Below are positions 9,293 through 19,388 of a DNA stretch of 64,000 nt, one piece after another (position 1 is the stretch's first letter; every line of letters starts with the position of its first letter). Origin of the DNA: a virus. Its lineage: Duplodnaviria; Caudoviricetes. The notes below the pieces were generated by a model that searched no databases, was not told where the DNA came from, and worked only from the letters and a program-made list of their open reading frames with translations. The stretch spans positions 96,001-160,000 of IMG/VR virus record IMGVR_UViG_3300048861_000178, one strand, 5' to 3'. The position numbers and the translations under genes were made by a program.

Positions 9293-9976
9293 ATGGACCT
9301 GAGCGGATTGAACGGCGCGCTGAATACCTTTAGCGATGCAGTAGTAGGTGGGATTAGCCGCAAGGTGCAAACTGCCTTCTCGGCCGATAACGCACTGGCT
9401 CTCAATGGCCAGACCGCCACCCAGTTGACCAACACGGCGAATGCCCATACGGACGCGCACGCCAATAACACCAACAACCCGCACGGTACCACCGCCAGCC
9501 AGATTGGTGCGTATAGCTCGGGCCAGATTGACACGGCTGTCGCCTCACTCTTGCCTTCGGGCATTGTTCCGCTGTCCGCTTTTGGCGATGCGATGGGTAC
9601 GGCGATTCCGGCGACCATCAATACGTCAAACAAGACAGTGAATTTCGCCGCAGGCATTCCGTGTCTGATTGCGGGTCAGGCCTTTACGCTGGGCGCTTAC
9701 AGTCTCGGTTATGCGACCAACGCCACGACGCTTTACTACCTGAAGCTAACGGCCGGAGTGGTCAGCATCATCGCATCATCCACTGTGCTGGCTGAATCCA
9801 ACACCAATATGTACATTGGTAAGATCGTGACGGATGCCTCGGGCAATGTCACCACGAACACGATTGGCCGTGTGGTGCGGGTCGATGTCTATCGGGTGTC
9901 GGCCACGGCGGCGGGCTCTGCGATTGCTGTGTCCAACGGTACTCCTGACCAAAGCGCGAGTCTCGCCTGGTCCTAA
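9293..9976 (+). CDS. Short tail fibre paralog
   Basis: NNPHGTTASQIGAYS motif; N- and C-terminal similarity to 5886-9197. Confidence 0.7.
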   Translation: MDLSGLNGALNTFSDAVVGGISRKVQTAFSADNALALNGQTATQLTNTANAHTDAHANNTNNPHGTTASQIGAYSSGQIDTAVASLLPSGIVPLSAFGDAMGTAIPATINTSNKTVNFAAGIPCLIAGQAFTLGAYSLGYATNATTLYYLKLTAGVVSIIASSTVLAESNTNMYIGKIVTDASGNVTTNTIGRVVRVDVYRVSATAAGSAIAVSNGTPDQSASLAWS

Positions 9977-9996
9977 TTTTATTTTGAGGTTTTCCG

Positions 9997-10497
9997 ATGC
10001 CTTACTACCGCGACGCGAGCGGCAATATTCTGTTTTTCAACTCGATTGCGTTTGCGCACGATCTGCCCGCGGGCGCCACCGTGATCAGCGATGCGGAAGC
10101 GCTTGCGAACACGCCCACGCCCTTGGGTGAAATCCAGAACCTGCAGATCCAGCAAATCGACGACGCCTGTGCCGCTGCAATTGTTAATGGTTTCAATTCC
10201 AACGCACTGGGTGCCACCTTTCACTATCCGGCCAAAAGTACTGACCAGGCGAACCTAGCGGCCGCAGTGCAGCGCTCGATGTTGCCGGGGTTCACCTCGG
10301 TGCTCTTCTGGTGTGCAGACCGTTACGGCAACTGGGCCATGCGGGGTCACAACCAAGCCCAGATCCAGCAAGTCGGCATCGATGGCTTTAACTGGATTAG
10401 CAAGTGCATTGCCCAAAAGGCCCAGCTTGAAGTGCAGGTGATGAGCCTGCAAGATCCAGTGGCCATTGCCAAGATCGTCTGGTCGAACCCGACCTAA
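9997..10497 (+). CDS. Tail fibre assembly/chaperone-like protein (DUF4376-like)
   Basis: GFNSNALG..HYP...TDQANL..FWCAD..GNW...H...QIQQVG pattern, directly after the fibre genes. Confidence 0.65.
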   Translation: MPYYRDASGNILFFNSIAFAHDLPAGATVISDAEALANTPTPLGEIQNLQIQQIDDACAAAIVNGFNSNALGATFHYPAKSTDQANLAAAVQRSMLPGFTSVLFWCADRYGNWAMRGHNQAQIQQVGIDGFNWISKCIAQKAQLEVQVMSLQDPVAIAKIVWSNPT

Positions 10498-10597
10498 TCG
10501 ATGCCCAGGGCTACGGCCCTGGGTCTATGCCGTTTTTACTTGCGGCAGCCATGATTTGTCTATGGTGGAGTAAGGACCCAGATCAAGGATTCCAGAT

Positions 10598-10616
10598 AAA
10601 ATCAGCCCTATATAAC
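10598..10616 (+). promoter_or_regulatory. Putative phage early promoter (TATATAAC)
   Basis: Matches the phiKZ early consensus TATATTAC; the same motif recurs at seven other operon starts. Confidence 0.55.
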
Positions 10617-10692
10617 AGGAGTGAGAAGGTTGTAGTACACTCTTCTCCTAGGCTTGAATTGATCAACGAAGAAGATAAAGGAGCTGTTTGTG

Positions 10693-12369
10693 ATGGCTAA
10701 AGGTCGTGCACTGAAAGAACTGCGTAACATTCACCAATTGTTCACTCCGGCAAAGCCTGAGAAACCTTTTGCGCAACAACTGGCAGAGGCTGAAAATGCA
10801 CCGCCCCCGCCCGAAGACATCGACGTGGCGATGCTTGCACTGATGACCAACTACCGGGGTTGGACAGTAGGCGATGTGCAGCGTTGTTTGGCCAAGCATC
10901 CGGACGCAGATCAGATTCCGGCTCTCATGAACAAGTTCGTCAATGAAGGAAAATTCGAAATCATGACTATTACAGGTCGCCCCGCAACCTATACCCTCAA
11001 GCGCAAACCGGTGGAAACCATCACCAGTGCGCGCAACAAAGCCGCCGCGTTCAAGCTCACTGATCCGGTGGGCACGCGCCAAGCTCCGGACCCCAAGGGC
11101 GTGATCGTCCTCGAAGAAGGTCTGGATGTGGCGATCTGGAAGGTGATGTCTGATAACAAGGCGCGCACCAAGAACGAAATCTGCGCGATGCTGGCCGAGT
11201 ACAAGTTCGATCGCGTGCAGATCAATCGTCGGGTCGATTCGATGATCAACTCGCGTAACTACTTCGACCGTCGCGATGGCGGCTCGGGCGGCATGCGCTA
11301 CTCGATGAAGAAGCACGTGCCGATGCCCAAGCCGCTGAACCAGGTGATCCTGGAAGAGCAAACGGCGCTCGCTCAGATCCGTGACAACCTCACGACCTCC
11401 GCGGCCGAGAGCGAACGCGAAGTGCGTATCCGTGCGATGTACGAATCCAGCGCACAGGGCAACTTCGCGCCGCTGCATTCGGCGTCACGTGAAGTCGGTT
11501 CGATGTTCTCGATCGTCTCCGAGGCGCTCAATGCTGAGCGCGCTGAGAAGGTGGACGGCGCGAGCGTCCTCGCTCAGGAAGAAGCAGGCGCTGAAGATCT
11601 GGCCGCAGTGAATGTTGCTCCGGCTGCACCGCTTAACCCTGTGATCGATCACGCCATCACAATGGCTGAAGACGACCACTTGACGACGCTGATCTGGAAA
11701 GCGATGGCGGACTTTAAGCCTTACAAGTCCGAAGAAGTTCACGTACTCGTGTCGATGTTCCGTCCGACCCAATCGCTTAAGAGCGTGCAGAATAAACTCT
11801 CCGAGCTGGGTATCGAAGGCTGGTTCACGATTACGAAGTCGGGCCGGGCCAACGTCTATACGCTCAAGGAAGGTATCTCCAACCCGAATCTGAAAGTCAA
11901 CGATTTGCGCGCTGCTCAGTACGAAGCACAGCGCGAGTCGTTCAAGGCCGCGGCGCAATCCACCGCACCGAAACAACAAGAACTGCCGGTGCAAACTGAG
12001 CAGAGCGCAGCCCAACCCGAAATCACCGACAACAAGGAAACCGAAGACATGTCTGCCGCAACCAATTCGAAGTACAACACCACCCCGTCGCTCGTGCAAG
12101 TCACCCCGAAGGCTGCGCCGATCGCTGCACCTCTGATCGAGTTGGCCATTCCTATCAAGGGCGAGAAGTTCAGCTTTGCCGAATGCCGTCAGCTCGTCGA
12201 AGAACTGCGCGCGCTCGGCTACGGCCGTGAGTCGGGCGCCGTCTCGCAACTGTCGCTGGTGAATCAACAAGTAACCATCAAGGGCATCGTGTTCGAGAAG
12301 AACGAGCTCGATGACATCGTCAAGGCGCTGATCGCCGAAGGCTTTGGTAGCCACGCGGTCAAGCGTTAA
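10693..12369 (+). CDS. Early protein with three tandem winged-helix-like repeats
   Basis: Three internal repeats (DVAMLALM / DVAIWKVM / TLIWKAM ... YTLK / YSMK / YTLK) and a duplicated C-terminal IKG..F...GxG motif. Confidence 0.6.
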   Translation: MAKGRALKELRNIHQLFTPAKPEKPFAQQLAEAENAPPPPEDIDVAMLALMTNYRGWTVGDVQRCLAKHPDADQIPALMNKFVNEGKFEIMTITGRPATYTLKRKPVETITSARNKAAAFKLTDPVGTRQAPDPKGVIVLEEGLDVAIWKVMSDNKARTKNEICAMLAEYKFDRVQINRRVDSMINSRNYFDRRDGGSGGMRYSMKKHVPMPKPLNQVILEEQTALAQIRDNLTTSAAESEREVRIRAMYESSAQGNFAPLHSASREVGSMFSIVSEALNAERAEKVDGASVLAQEEAGAEDLAAVNVAPAAPLNPVIDHAITMAEDDHLTTLIWKAMADFKPYKSEEVHVLVSMFRPTQSLKSVQNKLSELGIEGWFTITKSGRANVYTLKEGISNPNLKVNDLRAAQYEAQRESFKAAAQSTAPKQQELPVQTEQSAAQPEITDNKETEDMSAATNSKYNTTPSLVQVTPKAAPIAAPLIELAIPIKGEKFSFAECRQLVEELRALGYGRESGAVSQLSLVNQQVTIKGIVFEKNELDDIVKALIAEGFGSHAVKR

Positions 12370-12378
12370 GCAGCATAC

Positions 12379-12412
12379 GGCCCGAGGGTTTACCCTCGGG
12401 CGTTTATGACGT
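12379..12412 (+). terminator. Hairpin + TTTATGACG element
   Basis: GCCCGAGGG-TTTA-CCCTCGGGC. Confidence 0.7.
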
Positions 12413-12434
12413 CGCTTTCTTTCAGGAGAACGTA

Positions 12435-13172
12435 ATGATTAAGCATCTGTTAGCAGCTGCATTGCTTGTTAGTGTCTCGAGCATGGCGCTCGCAGACGGC
12501 CCGCTCAGCGCCTATGATAGCACTGAGGATCTTGCGCTCGCCCCGAACGAGCGCGTCATCCCCGAAAGCCAGTACAACATCGATGGAGCGCAAGAAGACC
12601 CCGCTGCACCGATGACGGGAACCGCACGAGCCTTCCGCAATGGTCGGATACAAGGCGCGGCAGAACAAAAAGAAAAAGATGCCCAAAGCTATCCGCCCCT
12701 GCCTCCGTTGCCGAAAGGTTACGCAGGCTACCCCCAAGCCGCCCAAGTGGCTGCCATCCCTAAACCTGTTGTGCGTCAAGCGCCAGCGCCCGTCTATGCT
12801 GCGCCCCAACAGCAAGCTGAGGTCGCCTATCAGCCGCAACCGCAACAGTACGTACATGCTGCTCAGCCACCGGTTGTGGTGAACGTCATGCCGCCGGACC
12901 CGCGCTACTACCAACCTGCTACGGACTTTGGTCGTGCACCGAGCTGGCGCAATCGACAAGAAGCCATGGAAGAGTATGGCTACGACCCGTATCCGCCGCC
13001 CGGCTATCAGCCGCCGCCCCGGCCGGTTTATATCGCTCCGCAACCAGTCTATGTACAGCCGGGTTATGTGGTGCGTTCACAGCCACGTTACTACCAACCC
13101 TATCCTGTTTATCGCGACAGCGGTTACGCGGTCATTCGGGGTCGGGGCTGGTCGGTGGGGACAGGATGGTAA
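12435..13172 (+). CDS. Secreted Pro/Gln/Tyr-rich protein
   Basis: Sec signal peptide (MIKHLLAAALLVSVSSMALA), low-complexity body, AGGAG RBS. Confidence 0.7.
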   Translation: MIKHLLAAALLVSVSSMALADGPLSAYDSTEDLALAPNERVIPESQYNIDGAQEDPAAPMTGTARAFRNGRIQGAAEQKEKDAQSYPPLPPLPKGYAGYPQAAQVAAIPKPVVRQAPAPVYAAPQQQAEVAYQPQPQQYVHAAQPPVVVNVMPPDPRYYQPATDFGRAPSWRNRQEAMEEYGYDPYPPPGYQPPPRPVYIAPQPVYVQPGYVVRSQPRYYQPYPVYRDSGYAVIRGRGWSVGTGW

Positions 13173-13413
13173 AATTAACGTAGTGGCATCATCGAGTGAG
13201 TACTGTTCCATGAACGGGGGGAGGGCACAGACCGTTGTGCTCGCAAGCGACACACGCTCTGCTAAGAGTTAGTCCTCTCCTCGTTCAAAAATCGACGATG
13301 CGTAATGAGTAAACTGAAAATAACAAAAGCCGATCTTATTTTTGCACTCTTGTGTCTGGGTGCATTAATAGGAGGTATGATAAGTGGCTATTATAGCCCA
13401 TAAGAGGAATGAA

Positions 13414-14109
13414 ATGAACAATGCACCGACCTGGGTGAAGAAGATTACCTTTGAACTCCGCCACCCGGCGTATAAGGACAATAAGCTCGTGCGGACGCTC
13501 GTCGTGTCCGACACGCTGCACGTGCCAGAGGGAATGCTGACACCGTCGATGGACAGTCTCGGGCTGGTGGATTTTGACTACCGTGATCCGGGGGATTACG
13601 ACAAGATCCGTGAGCTCATCATCAAAGAAGTGATCCGCTCCAAGATCGATGGTTTGCCACCGCATGCCGTCTCAGATGTGATTCGGGTGACCAAGGAAAG
13701 CACCTTCCAGATCGTCACCACAGCAACTGAGCGCATCGCAGGCAAACCCACGAGACGCTTTGGGATCAAGCTCACACTGGAAGGACGCGAAAACGAGTCC
13801 CTCTGGTACGGCGGTAGTGACATGCCGGTCTACCATTTTGTCGGGGGAGAGTGGTCAGGCGTGGGTGACCCGATGTTCGACGCGCATTGCTGCTGGGTGA
13901 GCAAGCTCGTCGCGACGCAGAAGGCCGAGGAAATTCTGCGGGAGTGGAAGCGCATGGGTTTTAACCAGGCGCCGATTAAAACCGATGTCCAGGAACTGTG
14001 CTACGCCAAGCAAACCATTCAACTGGTGAGCGAAGTGCGGCGCGATGCGCTGGCGGGCGGCGTGACCGCCTTCGGTTCGCATGCATTGGCGGAATTGGAC
14101 TCGCACTAA
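13414..14109 (+). CDS. Hypothetical protein
   Basis: AGAGG RBS, long ORF, followed by a hairpin and T-run terminator at ~14117-14162. Confidence 0.65.
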   Translation: MNNAPTWVKKITFELRHPAYKDNKLVRTLVVSDTLHVPEGMLTPSMDSLGLVDFDYRDPGDYDKIRELIIKEVIRSKIDGLPPHAVSDVIRVTKESTFQIVTTATERIAGKPTRRFGIKLTLEGRENESLWYGGSDMPVYHFVGGEWSGVGDPMFDAHCCWVSKLVATQKAEEILREWKRMGFNQAPIKTDVQELCYAKQTIQLVSEVRRDALAGGVTAFGSHALAELDSH

Positions 14110-14235
14110 GGTGCATCGGGAGCCCGACGGGCTCCCGACTCGTCCGCTTCCTTTTTCTTTTCTATTGAAGGACAAAATAAACATATATCATCAAGTAGCA
14201 ATGCAACCGAGGTCGTTAACTTTGGAGGAAGTATT

Positions 14236-14568
14236 ATGACCGATACCACACAGAAAGAGCTGGGTCAAGAGTTCGTGCGGAAACTCAATAATCTAGCGCT
14301 GGAGGCCGAAAAGGTGCGCGGGTCGGGGGCGATCATGCAGGATCGTCGCCAGTTTTACCGCCGTCGCTTGGCGAAGTATTTCATGGATGCGAACTACACG
14401 GTGGTGCTCGAACGTATCAACCGCGGTGAGTACCCGGATGCATTCCTGCAAGAGAAGATCAAACAGATGGACGATCTCATGTCGAACTCCTCGGCGCTCG
14501 AACGAGCCCTGAGCGATGGTGCTCACGCGGAGAGCACGTTTGACCTGGGTTCTTTTAACCGTTCTTAA
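14236..14568 (+). CDS. Hypothetical protein
   Basis: GGAGG RBS; early-promoter-like TATATCAT at 14184. Confidence 0.7.
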   Translation: MTDTTQKELGQEFVRKLNNLALEAEKVRGSGAIMQDRRQFYRRRLAKYFMDANYTVVLERINRGEYPDAFLQEKIKQMDDLMSNSSALERALSDGAHAESTFDLGSFNRS

Positions 14569-14582
14569 CGAGGAGCAGTGAG

Positions 14583-15674
14583 ATGAATGAGTTGCAAGCG
14601 ACCAGCCCGATGCAGTCGCAGTACATGATCAAATGCGTGAAGTCCGGCAACACCGCAGAGGCCTTTTACGCGTTCTTGTTCGATCGGGAATTCTGGGCGC
14701 AACGCGACCAGGCGGCCCAGTTCAGTGATCTGGCCATGGCGATTACGAAGCTGGAGGCGATTGCCAATGATGAGATTGGCGACGGGCTTTTCATCAGTCT
14801 GAAAGAGCAACTCGATGGGGACGTGGCAGCACTGTACGTCGTGCGCACTGATGACGATGCGATCATGCACAGCATCGCTTACCTGGACGATAGCGCCAAG
14901 GCGCCTGCGAGCTCGCAAGACTCCGAGGCTTTCCAGCTGAAGGTCGTGCGCGAAGGCCAGGACGACGTGTATATCAACGTCGACGAAGATGCCAACATCA
15001 ACCTCACCGTGAACAAGGAGCAAGCAACCCTCTACGGGCACATTAACTTAGTGCGACAGATCATCCAGCAATTGCAGGATGCGACGATTGGTGAAATCGG
15101 TGTGGACCATGAGTCGGTGGAGAGCGCAGACACGGCACTCGAGCAAAGCGACGGCTGGTCGCAGCTCAAGCTGCACCTCTGTAGGCGCCCGGCTGACTAT
15201 ACCGAGGAAGTACCCCAGGACGCCGACGGCAGCCCCTCCAAAGGGCTGTGGTGGTACGAGAAGGTGGGTCTGGAAATCGTCGACGTGAATCGAGAGGAGA
15301 CCGTCGAGACGCACTTGCTGCGCACGGTAGTGAAGATCAGTGACGCCCATCATTTCACCGTACGTATCGTACGCGAACCGATGGCGGACCTCTGGCTCAC
15401 CGCCGATGGGCAGACCAGTGAAGACTACGTACCCGATGAAGCGCTTATCGTCAGCATGAACGAGGGCGTGGAGTTATTGCGCAGTCTGATGGAAATGAGC
15501 GACGTGAAGGACCTGGAAGTCGGACAAGAACCTTTGCCGTTCCAGGCGTTGAAGTCGCAGTTGATTCGGGGCAGTGAAGAAGTATGGGCAGAGTTGATTG
15601 ACATCGAAGACCAGAAGGCGGTGGGTTCGGTGTACCTGAAGCAGCCGTTTTACATGGAAGAAGTCAAGCTCTAA
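14583..15674 (+). CDS. Acidic hypothetical protein
   Basis: 363-aa ORF, GAGGAG RBS. Confidence 0.7.
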   Translation: MNELQATSPMQSQYMIKCVKSGNTAEAFYAFLFDREFWAQRDQAAQFSDLAMAITKLEAIANDEIGDGLFISLKEQLDGDVAALYVVRTDDDAIMHSIAYLDDSAKAPASSQDSEAFQLKVVREGQDDVYINVDEDANINLTVNKEQATLYGHINLVRQIIQQLQDATIGEIGVDHESVESADTALEQSDGWSQLKLHLCRRPADYTEEVPQDADGSPSKGLWWYEKVGLEIVDVNREETVETHLLRTVVKISDAHHFTVRIVREPMADLWLTADGQTSEDYVPDEALIVSMNEGVELLRSLMEMSDVKDLEVGQEPLPFQALKSQLIRGSEEVWAELIDIEDQKAVGSVYLKQPFYMEEVKL

Positions 15675-15780
15675 TCATAACGAGCATAAGGAGCGCTATT
15701 CCCGCTAGGTAAAACTAACGGGGTAGCCTCCTTTTATGCCGTATATGGATTAGTTGTGAACAATAACAAGGAGTTAGGTG

Positions 15781-16383
15781 ATGATCCCAACGAATATCCC
15801 AACGGAAACGCTGCGTGACTGGAACTGTATCGATGAAAAGACGCAGCAGCCCCAGTCGCTAACGCCGTTGATTGAACGGAGTTTGCATGACCTTGCACTC
15901 ACTTTGTTGTCGTGGGTACGGGGCCATAACTTGAACAACCCGCAGAACCCGCAAGCGCTCACTTACGGACAGGAAGCGGGTGACGGTTACGTCGCATTTG
16001 AATTCAAGCTCCACGGCGATCTGGTGACCAAACGCACCCAGGCCTCGAGCACGTACCATTTGGCGAAAGTCATCTGTTTCGATGATGATCGCACGAAGGT
16101 CCGGATTCGTTACCTGGTCTGGCGCAAAGTTCGTGGCCCGTATGGTCGTGCGCACCCTATCGCCCAAGAACTGCTCGATATGCTGGAAGTGGATTATTCG
16201 CTGAACGCACATCCTGGCATGAACAACATAAAGAAGGCCGCGGTCGACGTGTACAACCACATCAGCGATGGCACGTTTAACTTTACGCTGTATCGCGAAC
16301 ACCTCGCGCATGAACCGCGCATTAATGGCAAGCAAGGTTTCAAGCAGTTGCCTGCCAAGCGTCTGATTCAGCCGGACTATTGA
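15781..16383 (+). CDS. Hypothetical protein
   Basis: AGGAG RBS. Confidence 0.7.
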   Translation: MIPTNIPTETLRDWNCIDEKTQQPQSLTPLIERSLHDLALTLLSWVRGHNLNNPQNPQALTYGQEAGDGYVAFEFKLHGDLVTKRTQASSTYHLAKVICFDDDRTKVRIRYLVWRKVRGPYGRAHPIAQELLDMLEVDYSLNAHPGMNNIKKAAVDVYNHISDGTFNFTLYREHLAHEPRINGKQGFKQLPAKRLIQPDY

Positions 16384-16429
16384 CGGCATAAACCCCCGGC
16401 AGCAGCCGGGGGAAAGCATCAGCCTCGCG

Positions 16430-16825
16430 TTACGCGGTGGGCGCTGCTTTTTGGATGGCGGGAACCATCTTCCCGTTTTCATCCAGGGTGATCGTGAAGG
16501 TCAGACCCACGGCATTACACTTGGCGATCATGCGCTCGATGTATTGCCACAGATCCTGCTCACTGGTCACCGGTTTGGGTTGCGTCGCATCGTGCTCTTC
16601 GCGTTCTTTCGTGAACGCAACGGCTGCAAAGATCGCGTGCGCAAAGTTGAGCACTACCCCTTGCGGATTGGCAAGGACAGCAGCACCGAGTTTGGTAGGA
16701 TCGGTTGCTTCCAGAACACCCAGACGTTGGGCTTCCTGGAGAATGCCGGGGTTGTTGGGACGATCACCGCTAGATGTTGTTTGAACCACACTGAGGATGG
16801 TGGTCACTGGGGTATCAGCAGTCAT
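16430..16825 (-). CDS. Hypothetical protein (minus strand)
   Basis: Minus-strand GGAG RBS before MTADTP; followed on the minus strand by a hairpin + TTTATGCCG at 16384-16412. Confidence 0.65.
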   Translation of the reverse strand: MTADTPVTTILSVVQTTSSGDRPNNPGILQEAQRLGVLEATDPTKLGAAVLANPQGVVLNFAHAIFAAVAFTKEREEHDATQPKPVTSEQDLWQYIERMIAKCNAVGLTFTITLDENGKMVPAIQKAAPTA

Positions 16826-16895
16826 TATAACGCGCTCCAGGAAAGAGGACCGGTGTGGGGGTTCATCAGATATGTGTTTCCCTAGGGGAGGTTGT

Positions 16896-17180
16896 ATGCT
16901 TAATCTGATCATACTCAACTGCGACGATGGTCGCAAGCTCTACTACTCCAACGGACAACGTACGCCGCAGGGCTTCCATGAGAACATCCAGGACGCTACG
17001 TTGTATCCGCATGGAGAAGCAGCGAGTCATGATTTTGGGATGTTGCGCTCGACGCTGCAGGGTCAGTCGCTAGTTCGCAATGCATTGATCCGGCCGACTT
17101 GGAAACAAGTCTCAGGCCACCTGACCGTGGAGCAGTTCGGTCACGGCGAAGCAGTCACGAGTGCGGCGGTGCGTCTCTAA
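16896..17180 (+). CDS. Hypothetical protein
   Basis: GGAGG RBS before ATG 16896. Confidence 0.6.
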   Translation: MLNLIILNCDDGRKLYYSNGQRTPQGFHENIQDATLYPHGEAASHDFGMLRSTLQGQSLVRNALIRPTWKQVSGHLTVEQFGHGEAVTSAAVRL

Positions 17181-17201
17181 CTGCGAAAAAAGGTCATTAC
17201 A

Positions 17202-17492
17202 ATGGACAAAACGAAGAAAAAAATAGAGGTCCAGGCTCGCGTGAGAGTGATCGGTAAGGTCAAGCTACAAGAGCTCATTCGGCCTGAGACCTTTAATACC
17301 GTAGTCGAAGTGGATCGCTCGACCATTCACATGCCGGGTCTTCACCAAGCTGCGGTTCACAAAGCCACTCGCGAGGCCTTCGAACAGCAATTCATTCGAC
17401 GCATGCGCACGGACGCTGACACCAAACGTAAAGTCGGCGGCACGAGGTGGATGGTCGAAGTGGTGGAACTTCGCTATAAGGACGCGGTATGA
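17202..17492 (+). CDS. Hypothetical protein
   Basis: Operonic, ATGA overlap with the next gene. Confidence 0.6.
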   Translation: MDKTKKKIEVQARVRVIGKVKLQELIRPETFNTVVEVDRSTIHMPGLHQAAVHKATREAFEQQFIRRMRTDADTKRKVGGTRWMVEVVELRYKDAV

Positions 17493-18049
17493 AATTCGGT
17501 GAAAGGACTTGGCGACCGAAGCTGTGGCAAATCGGCTATGCACCTAAAGGTGAAGAATGGCGTTGCTGGCATCCTGGGCTGATGACTCGGCCGGGTGAAG
17601 TGTGGTCCGAAACGATCTCGCTCTCACTCACCGAGCGTTGGCATATGGCAGTTGGCTACGGTTGGGCTCGCGAGTTGCAAGAACGCATGGTGGATTGCGA
17701 CGTCTATACGCGCGTTCACGATGCTGACTTCTTCCGGTTTGTGCTGACGCTGCCCAAGCCGCTTGCCGAAATCCTGGACGATATCAGGATTCCGCGCACA
17801 CGCACTGTCGAGCGTTTCATTCCGATGTTCGGACCGCCACCGGAATTCCATGGTCCGTTGGAACCGACAGGCATTCGCTCTGCTGAACAACGACTTCTTG
17901 ATGCCGAGAAGGATCGCAATGAGCTCAATGCGCAGCCGTCGTTCAAGCACATCGAGAACCTACCGCTCATGAAACCGACTTCACCGGAGACATGGACGAA
18001 GGTGCTTCATTCGTTAGTAGAAGTAACGCCACTATCACCCATGCAATAA
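17489..18049 (+). CDS. Hypothetical protein
   Basis: Translationally coupled. Confidence 0.6.
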   Translation: MKFGERTWRPKLWQIGYAPKGEEWRCWHPGLMTRPGEVWSETISLSLTERWHMAVGYGWARELQERMVDCDVYTRVHDADFFRFVLTLPKPLAEILDDIRIPRTRTVERFIPMFGPPPEFHGPLEPTGIRSAEQRLLDAEKDRNELNAQPSFKHIENLPLMKPTSPETWTKVLHSLVEVTPLSPMQ

Positions 18050-18132
18050 GACGTCTTATCGCCGGTGTTATTCAAGAGAAACCGTAACTTAACCAGGAGT
18101 ATTGCCCACTTGTAATATGGAGGATAAGAAAC

Positions 18133-18495
18133 ATGCCGTCGAATGTTATTACTGCACGGCTCTATACGGGAAAGATGCTGTATCTCGGTAGAGTAGAGTC
18201 AGGAAAGCTCGGAGATTGGTATGGTGAATTGGACCGCGCTGAAATCCTCCCTAATGAGGGAGATCTCTCGTCACTTTTCGATGCACTCTGTATGCACGTG
18301 CAATACAAGACTGGTCGGACGCTGTTTGATCCGAACCTCTTGAAGACACTGCAACAAAAGGCCCGCCTCTTTGAATTGGGGGCGGCTCGGGTGGTGGACG
18401 GGCAGGTACGCACCTTCCGTCATCGCATTATCGACACCTATGCGCTGGAACAACGCTTAAGTAGTCCTGTCTTAAAGCTTGTAGCAACAATCTAA
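18133..18495 (+). CDS. Hypothetical protein
   Basis: GGAGG RBS; hairpin-TATGCCG after the stop. Confidence 0.6.
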   Translation: MPSNVITARLYTGKMLYLGRVESGKLGDWYGELDRAEILPNEGDLSSLFDALCMHVQYKTGRTLFDPNLLKTLQQKARLFELGAARVVDGQVRTFRHRIIDTYALEQRLSSPVLKLVATI

Positions 18496-18577
18496 GTAGA
18501 GGGCGGCCTACGGGCTGCCTTCTATGCCGTTTTTACGCCGTCGCCCCATCGGTTGAGTACCCATACAAGGATAAATC

Positions 18578-19099
18578 ATGCCCACTAAATCAGGTCGTAT
18601 CAAGCTCGAAGATCTCCGTCAAGGCAGAACCATTTGGCAACCCGCAGTCGGTCGCGATGGCAAGATGGTCGCCAAGCCCTTTCTGATCACCCTCGGTTTC
18701 ACCTACCGCTTGGTCGGACTGGTGGAAAACGAGCAGGGTCAGCTGGTGGGCTACAGCCTGCCGATGTATTCGATCGGTAAGCCCCGCACCATGAGTCACT
18801 ACCAAGGCCCGGCGCTCTCGACGTTTCATCCGACACGCAACATAGCGATCGTGGAATTGCCTGATGGCTCGCTCTGCCAGTGGAATGGCTTTACCAGCCA
18901 GAAAGCGTGTCAGCGTTATATCAACGACGTGCAAGCAGGTCGGCTGCCCAATTTCGCGACGGTAGGGGTGACCCTCGGCACGCCTGCGCGCGAGTCCGTC
19001 GCCAAGCACGCCAAACCGGCCGCGCAGTTCGAGCAGGTCGATTTCAACGATCTGAAGTGGGTGCCCTCTGACCCCACACCGAACTACGGTCACCGTTAA
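18578..19099 (+). CDS. Paralog family member (MxTKxGR N-terminus)
   Basis: N-terminus similar to the 25751 and 26338 ORFs. Confidence 0.7.
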   Translation: MPTKSGRIKLEDLRQGRTIWQPAVGRDGKMVAKPFLITLGFTYRLVGLVENEQGQLVGYSLPMYSIGKPRTMSHYQGPALSTFHPTRNIAIVELPDGSLCQWNGFTSQKACQRYINDVQAGRLPNFATVGVTLGTPARESVAKHAKPAAQFEQVDFNDLKWVPSDPTPNYGHR

Positions 19100-19109
19100 G
19101 GAGGCGGCC

Positions 19110-19388
19110 ATGCGTGTCTTCTCTTGCCGTGCTGAGTGCGAGCATGATGTCAAACAGCTGCGCATTCGGCTGACGCGTTTACGCAATGCGGGCGAAGTGG
19201 ATTCTGCTGCCTTGTGGTTAAAAGACCATGAGTATCCGGATCGCGCGGTGGAGATTCACACCAACAAGAATCTGCACTTCCTGCGTTACTTGTTGCGCCA
19301 GATCCCGGACTCACACGTGATGATCCAATCGTTGCGCGAGGGTCCACTTTCGACCAACTCGCTGGACCGCGATCACGATGTCGAGTGA
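19110..19388 (+). CDS. Hypothetical protein
   Basis: AGGAGG RBS. Confidence 0.65.
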   Translation: MRVFSCRAECEHDVKQLRIRLTRLRNAGEVDSAALWLKDHEYPDRAVEIHTNKNLHFLRYLLRQIPDSHVMIQSLREGPLSTNSLDRDHDVE

